In this document: one piece after another, positions 28,683-36,514 of the stretch
Numbering within the stretch: the stretch's first letter is position 1
Layout of the letters: each line of letters starts with the position of its first letter
Assembly (NCBI GenBank): GCA_964577205.1
Contig: CAZNYG010000003.1
Location: forward strand, 1-54,126
Length of the DNA: 54,126 nucleotides
Source of the DNA: an uncultured Elusimicrobiales bacterium
GTDB lineage: Bacteria; Elusimicrobiota; Endomicrobiia; Endomicrobiales; CAIRNS01
Direction: 5' to 3'
The notes under the pieces: generated by a model
The model's database searches: none
The model's input: only the letters and a program-made list of their open reading frames with translations
What the model was told of the DNA's origin: nothing
Made by a program: the position numbers and the translations under genes

Positions 28683-29344
28683 AGGAACTTGTCCCTGTTG
28701 ATGAAAAGGATGAATTCACATCCGAGCGCGCGGCTGGCTTTACGGCAGAACTTTGTGCGGGCGAGGAATATCTCGAAGTACTCCATGACGGGACAATGCT
28801 CGGTATCAATGGAAAGGTCAAGGCTGATGGTCTTTTTTTCCCGGTCTACGCGGAGGCTCGCGTTCTGGCAGGCGTAGTTCACCCGCGCGTGGGTATCGAG
28901 TGAAGGGAGATCGCTGGACCGCACCCGTTCATGGTGGACGTCCGTCTTGTCTCCAAGGATAACCGCGGCGGCGAGCGGCGTCGGCGGTTCGATATCCTTG
29001 TCCTCATGGCTGCCGATCGCGCTGATGATCTTGAAAAGGTCCGGGTACGCAACGCCGACGCGCTCAAGGATCTCAAGGGTCAGGACAGCCCCGGTCTGGG
29101 CATGGTCCGTCCGGCAGATCGCGTTGCCTATATCGTGCAGGTATCCCGCGACGCGGGCGAGTTCGCAGTCCCTCTCGGGATATCCGAGCGACTTCATGAC
29201 ATCCGCGGCAATAACGGAAGTGAACCGCGCGTGACGCGGCCCGTGTTCTTTATAGCCCATCGCGGCGAAATTGTTGTCGGCCGTGCGCAGGTACGACTGC
29301 GCTTCGGCATCGTTCACGATAGTATCGAAAATGGGATCGCTCAT
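28679..29344 (-). CDS. Stand-alone HD-domain metal-dependent phosphohydrolase (paralogue 2)
   Basis: 221 aa. HGPRH...AGYLHDIGN...DHAQ...ISAIGSHED...ILGDKTDVH...VMEYFEIF. Has 4-nt overlaps with the GGDEF-PilZ stop upstream and the tgt start downstream. Confidence 0.75.
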   Translation of the reverse strand: MSDPIFDTIVNDAEAQSYLRTADNNFAAMGYKEHGPRHARFTSVIAADVMKSLGYPERDCELARVAGYLHDIGNAICRTDHAQTGAVLTLEILERVGVAYPDLFKIISAIGSHEDKDIEPPTPLAAAVILGDKTDVHHERVRSSDLPSLDTHARVNYACQNASLRVDREKKTISLDLSIDTEHCPVMEYFEIFLARTKFCRKASRALGCEFILFINRDKFL

Positions 29345-30540
29345 GCCGAGCCCTTTTTCTCGTCCAGGAAATGCACGTTCGTCAGATACAATCCTTCGGT
29401 AGTGTAGCGGCTGTCCGAGAGGGCGACCGCCTTAAGGACTTTTTCCGTGCCGTCGTGCGTGCTGAAGATGATGTCGAAAGCTTCGCCCGTCATCAGCCGG
29501 TATCTGCCTTCGATAAGCGCCCCCTTTCGGGAAATATCGCAGACGACGAAGGAACGGGCGAACTCCGGGCGGGAACCGCTGCGGATGCGGAATCCTTTCG
29601 CCACCTCGCGGCTCAATGAGAACCTTAGGCAAGTTCTGCGTTCGGCGCCCGCGTACTCGTTCTCCCTTTCCATCAGTTCCCCCCAGGATTCGAACACCTG
29701 GTTGCGTCCCATGCGTTTTGCCCAGTACAGCGCGTCGTCTGCAGCGAGAAGAAGGCTTTCCGCCGCCTTTGTGTTCTCCGGGAAATAGGCGATGCCCGCG
29801 CTGAAAGTTATCGGGATGAACATGGTGCGTTTCGCGCGGTTCCTTACCTCGATCAATTTGACCTTTTCGAGGATGCGCCGCACGATCTCGTGCGTCACTT
29901 CGGTATCCTGCTTTTTCAGGAGGATCAGGAATTCGTCGCCACCGTAACGCGCGACCATGTCGATATCGCGGATGCTCTCTTTCAGTATGCCGGCAAATTT
30001 CCTGAGCACTTCGTTCCCGATAAAGTGGCCGTACGTGTCGTTGACGACCTTGAAATTGTCTATATCTATCAGCACGAGGGCGAATTTTTCCTTGTACCTT
30101 ACCGCGTAGCGCGTCATAAGGCACAGGTGCGCGTAGAATCCGCGGTAGTTCTCGATGCCGGTCATCACGTCCGTTTTCAGTTCCCTGCGCTGCTTATCGA
30201 CCGTGTCGACGTAATAGCCGATAACGCCGCCGAGGAACAGATAACTGATGACCCGCAGGAACGTCCCCTGCCTGACCAGTTCCTGGTACTGCATATCCGT
30301 ATACGCATGCACCTCTCCAAGAAAGATCAGGGAGGAAACCGCGGCGACCGCCATGCCGCCCCTGAACCCGAAACCCAGCGCTCCCACGGCAATTACCAGC
30401 ATGTACAGGTATCCCAGGGATATGCCGAAAGACTGGGTCATCAGCCGCAGTTGATGAAGCGACGCCAGGCAAACGGCGATAACACCGATTATCAGCGGGA
30501 GGCGGTAACGGTCGATAAAACGAACGAAGGATTCGATCAT
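29341..30540 (-). CDS. Membrane-anchored diguanylate cyclase with C-terminal PilZ domain (GGDEF-PilZ fusion)
   Basis: 399 aa, about 4 N-terminal TM segments. Active site RYGGDEF with an I-site RDID five residues upstream. The C-terminal domain carries RRTCLR (RxxxR) and DISRKG (DxSxxG). Confidence 0.85.
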   Translation of the reverse strand: MIESFVRFIDRYRLPLIIGVIAVCLASLHQLRLMTQSFGISLGYLYMLVIAVGALGFGFRGGMAVAAVSSLIFLGEVHAYTDMQYQELVRQGTFLRVISYLFLGGVIGYYVDTVDKQRRELKTDVMTGIENYRGFYAHLCLMTRYAVRYKEKFALVLIDIDNFKVVNDTYGHFIGNEVLRKFAGILKESIRDIDMVARYGGDEFLILLKKQDTEVTHEIVRRILEKVKLIEVRNRAKRTMFIPITFSAGIAYFPENTKAAESLLLAADDALYWAKRMGRNQVFESWGELMERENEYAGAERRTCLRFSLSREVAKGFRIRSGSRPEFARSFVVCDISRKGALIEGRYRLMTGEAFDIIFSTHDGTEKVLKAVALSDSRYTTEGLYLTNVHFLDEKKGSA

Positions 30541-30598
30541 GGCTTTTTAACAAAAATGACTTTTAAGGAATAACGGCGCTGCCGGAGAAAGGCCCATT

Positions 30599-30628
30599 AT
30601 TATACTATTTTTATGCGCCTGTTATCAA
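30599..30628 (-). promoter_or_regulatory. Candidate sigma-70 promoter for the GGDEF-PilZ/HD/tgt unit
   Basis: Minus strand TTGATA-18 nt-TATAAT. The -35 element overlaps the queA stop codon, about 50 nt upstream of the ATG at 30540. Confidence 0.4.
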
Positions 30629-31701
30629 AGGATCAGCATGGCGTCGCCGTAAGAGAAAAAGCGGTATTTCAGGGCGATCGCCTCTCGATACGCTTCGAAC
30701 AGCCGTTCTTTCCCGGCGAAGGCCGCCGTCATCATGAGCGGGGACGAGTGCGGAAAATGGAAATTGGTTATCATGGCGTCGACCGCCCTGAACGCGTACC
30801 CGGGATGGATGAAGATCGACGTATCACCCGAACAGCTTCCGTCCGGAAACGGTTCCCGTCCCGCGGCCGACTCGAGCGCGCGCACGGACGTGGTGCCCGC
30901 CGCGAAAACCCTTCCCCCGCGCGCCCCGCAGGCGGCGATCGTTTCGCGCGCGTTCCTTTCGATGCGGAAGGATTCCGGAAGCATCGCGTGCAGGCGCACG
31001 TCCCGGGACGTGATCGGACGGAACGTGCCCCATCCGACATGGAGAGTTATCTCTTCGATCGTCACGCCCCTGCCGCGCAGGGACGCCAGAAGCTCAGGCG
31101 TAAAATGAAGCCCCGCGGTAGGGGCGGCTATCGATCCTTTTTCCCGGGCATAAACGGTCTGATAACGCTCGCGGTCCCGCGCGGGCTGTCCGGGATCCTC
31201 TCCTTTCCTTTTGATATATGGGGGCAGAGGCATTCTTCCGTGGGCCTCAAGGACTGCCGCCAGCGGACCGCCAATGATATCGACAAGCACGGCCCCGTCA
31301 TCCCGCCGGGCACCGACAACGGCTTTCATGCCGTCCGGGAACAGAACTTCCGTCCCCTCGGGCAGGAACGGCCTGATCAGAGCCGCATACCGCCCCGTAT
31401 CCTCAGGCCGTTCCGGTTCAAGGAAAAGCGCTTCAACCCTGCCTCCAGTGACCTTCCTGCCGAAAAGGCGCACGGGTATCACGCGCGTCCGGTTGATGAC
31501 CAGACAGTCGCGTTCGGTCATGTAACGCCCGATATCCCGGAAATGACAATGTTCCGGAGCCTTTTTAGCCCGGTCGAGGACAAGCAGGCGGGAACCATCC
31601 CGTTCAGCGCTCGGCTGCTGGGCGATCAGGTCCGCCGGGACGTCGAACGCGTACGTCTCAAGATCACAGTCCCCCGGGATCATGCCGTCCTGCCCGGTCA
31701 T
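30625..31701 (-). CDS. queA: S-adenosylmethionine:tRNA ribosyltransferase-isomerase
   Basis: QueA core (YAFDVPADLIAQQP..RD.SRLLVLDR, GRMPLPPYI, YQTVYA, AAPTAGLHFT). I place the start at 31701 (alternative 31683). The ORF-track start 31947 would overlap spoIID and add about 80 non-homologous residues. Confidence 0.9.
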   Translation of the reverse strand: MTGQDGMIPGDCDLETYAFDVPADLIAQQPSAERDGSRLLVLDRAKKAPEHCHFRDIGRYMTERDCLVINRTRVIPVRLFGRKVTGGRVEALFLEPERPEDTGRYAALIRPFLPEGTEVLFPDGMKAVVGARRDDGAVLVDIIGGPLAAVLEAHGRMPLPPYIKRKGEDPGQPARDRERYQTVYAREKGSIAAPTAGLHFTPELLASLRGRGVTIEEITLHVGWGTFRPITSRDVRLHAMLPESFRIERNARETIAACGARGGRVFAAGTTSVRALESAAGREPFPDGSCSGDTSIFIHPGYAFRAVDAMITNFHFPHSSPLMMTAAFAGKERLFEAYREAIALKYRFFSYGDAMLIL

Positions 31702-31720
31702 ATCTCCGCCGCCCGCCGTA

Positions 31721-32872
31721 TTATTCTTCCCATCGCTCAATGACCGTGCCGGGATAGTAGTGATCAAGTATCTTTCGGTAATCATGCCCCCTGTCGGCCA
31801 TCTCCCGCGCACCCCACTGGCAAAGGCCGACGCCGTGCCCCCACCCGCGTCCTTCAAACCGGTACGATCCCCCTTCTTTTTTGATCCGCAGTATATACGT
31901 GCTCCTGATGACGTCGGGGCTGACTGCCATGCGGAATTTCGCGGCATTCATTGTCACCGTTCCTTTGTCATGGCTTACCACGATGTTTCTGACCCGCCCC
32001 GACCGGGTCGAACCAGATATCCTTATGCTCAGGATTTTTCCGATATCGTATCCCGCGTTGTTCAGCCTTTTCTGGATAGCGTCCCGGCCAAGCGTTCTGG
32101 CCCAGCCGTTATGCGGGCTTTTACCGCAATAGGGATCCTTAACGCCGAGGAGGTACGCGGGCGCCTTCTGTTCCCATTTCCAGACATCGTTCGGGTTCTC
32201 GGTACGGCCTCCGCACGACGCGTGAAAAAGCGTCTGGGCCAGCTCCCCGTTGAAGGTCAGCACTTCGCCGCGGGTATCCTCGACCGCCCGGTTGCACAGC
32301 TCGTCTTCCGCTTCCATGCCTCCGTATACCTGGCAATGCGTTCGCGAGCATACATCGAACCCTTCCTGCCCGTGCTTTCTCAGATTGCGCATCGCGTACG
32401 AGCGGCTTATGACCGCCTGGACCTTCAACGCTTCCGGCGGCCAGCCCGGATCGGCTTCCATTTTAAGGATGCCGCGCAGATAGTCCTCAAAGCCCAGTTC
32501 ATTGACAACGGTGATCGCTCCGTTGCGGCACATGACGAGTATGCTGTCCCGGTACCGATGCCCGTTGATCCTTATGCTTTTTCCGTCCTCCCCCGGGACG
32601 AGACGGACGGGAGACGCGTACATGTCGCCCTCTATAATGATCAGGTTGTCGTGACAGCGGATGATCGTATCATCCATCGGCGTAATATCTTTCCGTGTCC
32701 CGCTGCTCAGTTCGAAAAGATAGTACGGGCCCTGGCAGCTCAAATTGAACGAGGGGACATTGACCAGCAGCCCGACCCTTACAATTGTTTCAGGCATCCG
32801 GCGCGCGGGCGCCGGACGGGCGGCGGCGAGCATCAGCAAACCGATGCAAATGACCCTGAGCGTTCTTTTCAT
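31721..32872 (-). CDS. SpoIID/LytB-domain protein (lytic transglycosylase / amidase-enhancer family)
   Basis: 383 aa with a signal peptide. SpoIID blocks VISRSYA, CSRTHCQVYGG, FHASCGGRTE and GHGVGLCQWGA. Confidence 0.8.
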   Translation of the reverse strand: MKRTLRVICIGLLMLAAARPAPARRMPETIVRVGLLVNVPSFNLSCQGPYYLFELSSGTRKDITPMDDTIIRCHDNLIIIEGDMYASPVRLVPGEDGKSIRINGHRYRDSILVMCRNGAITVVNELGFEDYLRGILKMEADPGWPPEALKVQAVISRSYAMRNLRKHGQEGFDVCSRTHCQVYGGMEAEDELCNRAVEDTRGEVLTFNGELAQTLFHASCGGRTENPNDVWKWEQKAPAYLLGVKDPYCGKSPHNGWARTLGRDAIQKRLNNAGYDIGKILSIRISGSTRSGRVRNIVVSHDKGTVTMNAAKFRMAVSPDVIRSTYILRIKKEGGSYRFEGRGWGHGVGLCQWGAREMADRGHDYRKILDHYYPGTVIERWEE

Positions 32873-33402
32873 TTTGATCGGGAAATCCTTTCTTCCCTCG
32901 AAAAACTGCAGCCGCAGTATTTCTGCATGTATGATCCCGCGTCACGCGCGGCCTTTTTCCCCTCGTAGAAACGCGCCCGGAAATCCCGGTACACGAACGT
33001 CACGCCTTCCTGCCGGGCGCATTCTTCTCCGATGGAATTGACCAGCCCGTGTTTCTGGTAGGGGCTCGCCAGAAGCGTGGTTGAAAAATGTGAAAATCCT
33101 TCTTCGCGGGCCCTGCGGGCCGTTGCGGAAAGCCGCAGCCGGTAACAGAAAGCGCACCGGCCCGGGACATCTGCCGGCGCGGTCGCGAGCCATTGTTCCG
33201 GGGTCATCAAGCCGCCGACTATAAGACCGATCGAGCGTTCTGACAGATAGCGTTCCAGCGAAGAGAAGCGAAGCCGGTGCTCTTCCTCCGGATGTATGTT
33301 GGGATTGAACCAGAAACCGGTCAGGGGATGATCCGCGGAGAATCCGTCAACGACCGACGGCGAACAGGGAGCGCAGCAATGATGCAGCAATAATGTATCC
33401 AT
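32869..33402 (-). CDS. queH: Epoxyqueuosine reductase QueH (DUF208)
   Basis: 177 aa. LLLHHCCAPCS and CAFCYRLRL cysteine motifs. Confidence 0.85.
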   Translation of the reverse strand: MDTLLLHHCCAPCSPSVVDGFSADHPLTGFWFNPNIHPEEEHRLRFSSLERYLSERSIGLIVGGLMTPEQWLATAPADVPGRCAFCYRLRLSATARRAREEGFSHFSTTLLASPYQKHGLVNSIGEECARQEGVTFVYRDFRARFYEGKKAARDAGSYMQKYCGCSFSREERISRSK

Positions 33403-33436
33403 ATCTTGTGATCAAACGCCTTTATCTTGCGCCTTT

Positions 33437-34474
33437 TTAGAATAATTCATTCTGCGTTGTTCCGTTTTTGCGGGGTTTCAGCCCCAGATGATCGTACGCG
33501 TGTTCCGTAACCACGCGCCCCCGAGGGGTACGGGCTATGAAACCGCACTGTATAAGGAACGGTTCATAGACGTCGGTAATTGTATCCACTTCTTCTGAAA
33601 CGGCTACAGCCAGCGTATCCACGCCGACCGGCCCGCCAGAGAATTTTTCAATGATCGCCCTCAGTATCAGGCGGTCCATCTTATCCAGTCCCGCGGCATC
33701 CACTTCCAGGGCTTCAAGAGCCTCGGCGGCAATAGTTCTCGTGATCCTGCCGTCGCCTTTTACCACGGCGAAATCCCTTACGCGGCGGAGCAGGCGGTTC
33801 ACGATGCGGGGCGTGCCGCGCGAACGGCGCGCGATCTCCTCCGTTCCCTTTTCGTCGATCTCCACCCGCAGCAGGCCGCAAGAACGCCGGACGATCCTCA
33901 CCAGCTCGTCCGGTTCATAGAAATTCAGGTGGCTTATGATGCCGAAACGGTCCCGTAGCGGGCTGGAAAGAAGCCCCGCGCGGGTAGTCGCGCCTATAAG
34001 AGTGAAACGGGGTATAGGCAGCTTTATCGTCTTTGCCGCCGGCCCCTGACCGATAATAATGTCCAGCTCGTAGTCTTCCATCGCCGGATACAGCGCTTCC
34101 TCCACGAGGTGGTTCATCCTGTGGATCTCGTCAATAAAAAAGATATCGCCCTGCGAGAGGTTCGTCAGGATCGCGGCAAGGTCGCCCACCCTTTCCAGCA
34201 CGGGGCCGGACGTCGAGCGCATATTCCCTCCCATCTCGCGGGAAATGATATGCGCCAGCGTGGTTTTCCCGAGGCCCGGAGGAGCATAGAACAGGCAGTG
34301 GTCCAGCGCCTCTTCGCGCCTCCTGGCCGCCTCGATGAATACCCTGAGGTTTTTCTTCAGTTTTTCCTGGCCGATGAAATCGTCCAGGATCTGAGGCCTC
34401 AGGGTGTTTTCCAGCCTCGTTTCTTCGGCAACGGCCTCAGGCGAGATGATGCGTTCGATATCTTTTTCTTCCAT
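33437..34474 (-). CDS. ruvB: Holliday junction branch migration helicase RuvB
   Basis: 345 aa. LRPQ.LDDFIGQ, Walker [10 protein letters not shown], Walker B FIDEIHR. Confidence 0.97.
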   Translation of the reverse strand: MEEKDIERIISPEAVAEETRLENTLRPQILDDFIGQEKLKKNLRVFIEAARRREEALDHCLFYAPPGLGKTTLAHIISREMGGNMRSTSGPVLERVGDLAAILTNLSQGDIFFIDEIHRMNHLVEEALYPAMEDYELDIIIGQGPAAKTIKLPIPRFTLIGATTRAGLLSSPLRDRFGIISHLNFYEPDELVRIVRRSCGLLRVEIDEKGTEEIARRSRGTPRIVNRLLRRVRDFAVVKGDGRITRTIAAEALEALEVDAAGLDKMDRLILRAIIEKFSGGPVGVDTLAVAVSEEVDTITDVYEPFLIQCGFIARTPRGRVVTEHAYDHLGLKPRKNGTTQNELF

Positions 34475-34478
34475 GGTC

Positions 34479-35084
34479 CTATAAATGCGCCAGCGAACGG
34501 CGTATGATGTCCTCCACCGCGGTTACACCGGAATCCGCGGCCGCCTTTTCCACAGCTTCGCGGGCCTGCGACTCCCGGTACCCGAGAGCGATGAGCCCGG
34601 CTACCGCTTCCGCCGCCGGCGACGCGGCGGCAACCCGTTCCCATTTTTCCTTGCCGGCGAAAGTTATCCCGCCGATCTTATCCTTCAGCGCCGCGGCGAG
34701 CTTCTCCGCGGTCTTACGGGTGAAACCGAATATCCCTGTCAGCGCCGCGAGGTCCCGGCCCATCACCGCGCGCCGGAAATCAGGCAGCGACTTTGTTACC
34801 TTATCGAGATAATCAAGCGCTTTTTTTGCGCCCGCTCCGGGGACTTCTTCCTTCAACAGCGTGAAGATATCGCGCTCTTCCTTCGTCAGAAAACCGTAAA
34901 AAGTGGTGCTGCCCCCATACATGGCCGTGGATTCCATGATAAAAAGCTTGACCTCCGTTCCCGCATGAGGAAGCTTCTCGGCAGTGGAAAGAGGGACCAC
35001 GACCTTATAGCCCACGCCGTTCACATCCACAATGGCGTGATCCATTCCCTTATCGTCCAGTATCCCGCGCAAATAATAAATCAT
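34479..35084 (-). CDS. ruvA: Holliday junction DNA-binding protein RuvA
   Basis: 201 aa. MIYYLRG......[12 protein letters not shown]-terminus, HhH region, and a C-terminal domain III. Confidence 0.9.
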   Translation of the reverse strand: MIYYLRGILDDKGMDHAIVDVNGVGYKVVVPLSTAEKLPHAGTEVKLFIMESTAMYGGSTTFYGFLTKEERDIFTLLKEEVPGAGAKKALDYLDKVTKSLPDFRRAVMGRDLAALTGIFGFTRKTAEKLAAALKDKIGGITFAGKEKWERVAAASPAAEAVAGLIALGYRESQAREAVEKAAADSGVTAVEDIIRRSLAHL

Positions 35085-35100
35085 TTAGAGATCCCAATGG

Positions 35101-35140
35101 AGCTTATCAGCTTATCAGCTCATCGGCTCATGAGCTCTAT
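35101..35140. repeat. Tandem degenerate octamers in the ruvC-ruvA spacer (D)
   Basis: AGCTTATC AGCTTATC AGCTCATC GGCTCATG AGCTCTAT. The period is 8 nt. The last unit overlaps the ruvC stop codon. Confidence 0.5.
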
Positions 35141-35625
35141 CGCTTACTGTCCCATTTCCTCGTATGAATGTGGCAGATGGCCATGGCGACGGCGTCTGCG
35201 GCATCATCGGGACGCGGGATATCTTTAAGGCACAGGAAGGCCTTGACCATGTGCTGCATCTGATGTTTGTCGGCGGAACCGTACCCGGTCAGGGACATCT
35301 TGATGTGCCTCGGATTGTACTCGAACACGGGAAGATCTTCCAGCGCCGCCGCCACAAGGAGGGCGCCGCGCGCCTGCCCGACGGAAGCCACGGTGCGGGC
35401 TTCCTTGGCAAAGAACAGTTCTTCTATCGCCATTTCCCGCGGCTGGTGTTTACGGATGATCTGTCGGAGAGTAAGATGAATGGTTTTCAGGCGTTCGATC
35501 AGGGGCTGTTCCGGCGTGGTCTTGACACACCCGTACTCGACAAGCGACAGGCGGTCGCGCCCTTCGGCCTTAACCACGCCCCACCCGGTCATCGATAAGC
35601 CCGGATCCACGCCGAGAACGATCAT
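35137..35625 (-). CDS. ruvC: Crossover junction endodeoxyribonuclease RuvC
   Basis: 162 aa. [16 protein letters not shown] with a catalytic acidic residue set (D..E..D.ADA). Confidence 0.9.
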   Translation of the reverse strand: MIVLGVDPGLSMTGWGVVKAEGRDRLSLVEYGCVKTTPEQPLIERLKTIHLTLRQIIRKHQPREMAIEELFFAKEARTVASVGQARGALLVAAALEDLPVFEYNPRHIKMSLTGYGSADKHQMQHMVKAFLCLKDIPRPDDAADAVAMAICHIHTRKWDSKR

Positions 35626-36386
35626 TATTTCTGCGCGTTCTCCATGGCCTCCATCTCTTCGCGGGAGATGTCGAAGTTGGCGAACACGTTCTTTACGTCG
35701 TCGTGTTCTTCCAGCCCTTCCATGAGCTTTATCATCTGTTCCGCGTCTTTGCCGGTCAGCTTGATGTACGTCTGGGGCTGCAGCGAGACCTCGGCCGACG
35801 CTATGGGCACGTTCTTCTCTTCAAGCCCTTTTTTCACCTTCTCGAAATCCTCGGGCGTTACGAATATCTCGAACAGGTCGTCATCGTCCGTGCTCACGTC
35901 CTCGGCGCCCAGTTCAAGGGCCATGTCCATGAGCGTGTCTTCTTCCGATTTGCTCTTTTCTACGCCTATGTATCCCTTCTTGGAGAACATCCACGACACA
36001 CACCCGGACTCGCCGAGGTTGCCGCCGTGGCTCGAGAAGATCTTCCGGATCTCTGAAGCGGTACGGTTCTTGTTGTCCGTGGTTATTTCAACCATCAGCG
36101 CGACGCCAGCCGGGCCGTACCCCTCATACATCATTTCTTCGTACATGGCCCCCGGCAGCTCGCCGGTACCGCGCTGGAGCGCCTTTTTAATGTTATCTAC
36201 GGGCATGTTGGCTTCGCGGGCCGATTCCATCGCTTTGCGCAGGCGGGAATTATTTTCAGGATTGCCGCCGCCCTCGCGCGCGGCTACAACTATTTCACGG
36301 ATGATCTTTGTGAATATTTTCCCCCTCTTCGCGTCGATGATCGCTTTTTTGTGTTTGATCCCCGCCCATTTTGAATGCCCTGACAT
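35625..36386 (-). CDS. YebC/PmpR family DNA-binding transcriptional regulator
   Basis: 253 aa. [24 protein letters not shown] is the family signature. SD GGGAGG upstream. Confidence 0.9.
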   Translation of the reverse strand: MSGHSKWAGIKHKKAIIDAKRGKIFTKIIREIVVAAREGGGNPENNSRLRKAMESAREANMPVDNIKKALQRGTGELPGAMYEEMMYEGYGPAGVALMVEITTDNKNRTASEIRKIFSSHGGNLGESGCVSWMFSKKGYIGVEKSKSEEDTLMDMALELGAEDVSTDDDDLFEIFVTPEDFEKVKKGLEEKNVPIASAEVSLQPQTYIKLTGKDAEQMIKLMEGLEEHDDVKNVFANFDISREEMEAMENAQK

Positions 36387-36413
36387 TTCACGGCCTCCCG
36401 GTCAAATAATAAC

Positions 36414-36437
36414 GTTCATTGGTTCACTGGTTCATTT
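36414..36437. repeat. Three tandem GTTC-N4 octamers (E) overlapping the predicted yebC promoter -10/+1 region
   Basis: GTTCATTG GTTCACTG GTTCATTT on the plus strand. The minus-strand reading is AAATGAAC CAGTGAAC CAATGAAC. Confidence 0.5.
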
Positions 36438-36462
36438 TACAAAAAATAGGCTTTTATTACAA
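36434..36462 (-). promoter_or_regulatory. Candidate sigma-70 promoter of yebC-ruvCAB
   Basis: Minus strand TTGTAA-17 nt-TAAAAT, about 45 nt upstream of the yebC ATG. Confidence 0.45.
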
Positions 36463-36480
36463 GGAGATTTGGGTTATACA

Positions 36481-36514
36481 AAAAACCCCGGCTTCTGGAT
36501 GATCTTTGCCGGCG
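36481..36514 (-). terminator. Weak candidate terminator after the GH81 gene
   Basis: Minus strand CCGGC-(16 nt)-GCCGG followed by GGTTTTTTGTAT. The stem is short and the loop long, but there is a clear T6 tract. Confidence 0.3.

Noticed and set aside
29432-30124. 230-aa alternative-frame minus-strand ORF inside the GGDEF-PilZ gene. Similar nested ORFs occur at 1852-2223, 12918-13316, 30771-31040 and elsewhere.
   Set aside because: These are Arg/Gly/Pro-rich nonsense frames wholly nested in genes whose main frame carries complete domain signatures.
31702-31947. Upstream extension of the queA ORF (MPRNSAWQSAPTSSG...).
   Set aside because: It overlaps the 3' end of spoIID in another frame, has no QueA homology, and is low-complexity. 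The conserved QueA N-terminus (Y.FD.P..LIAQ.P) begins just after Met 31701/31683.
30541-33436. Riboswitch search: preQ1 upstream of the que genes, and c-di-GMP/GEMM upstream of the GGDEF or PEP-CTERM genes.
   Set aside because: queH, queA and tgt have essentially no 5' leaders (34 nt, 19 nt and an overlap). The 84-nt leader of the GGDEF gene and the ~65-nt leader of the PEP-CTERM gene show none of the conserved preQ1 or GEMM core sequences that I can recognise by eye.
35101-35140. CRISPR-like or iteron-like interpretation of the tandem 8-mers here and at 36414-36437.
   Set aside because: The units are only 8 nt, contiguous with no spacers, and number 3-5. There are no cas or rep genes in the window. 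They are kept instead as a repeat-family or operator hypothesis.
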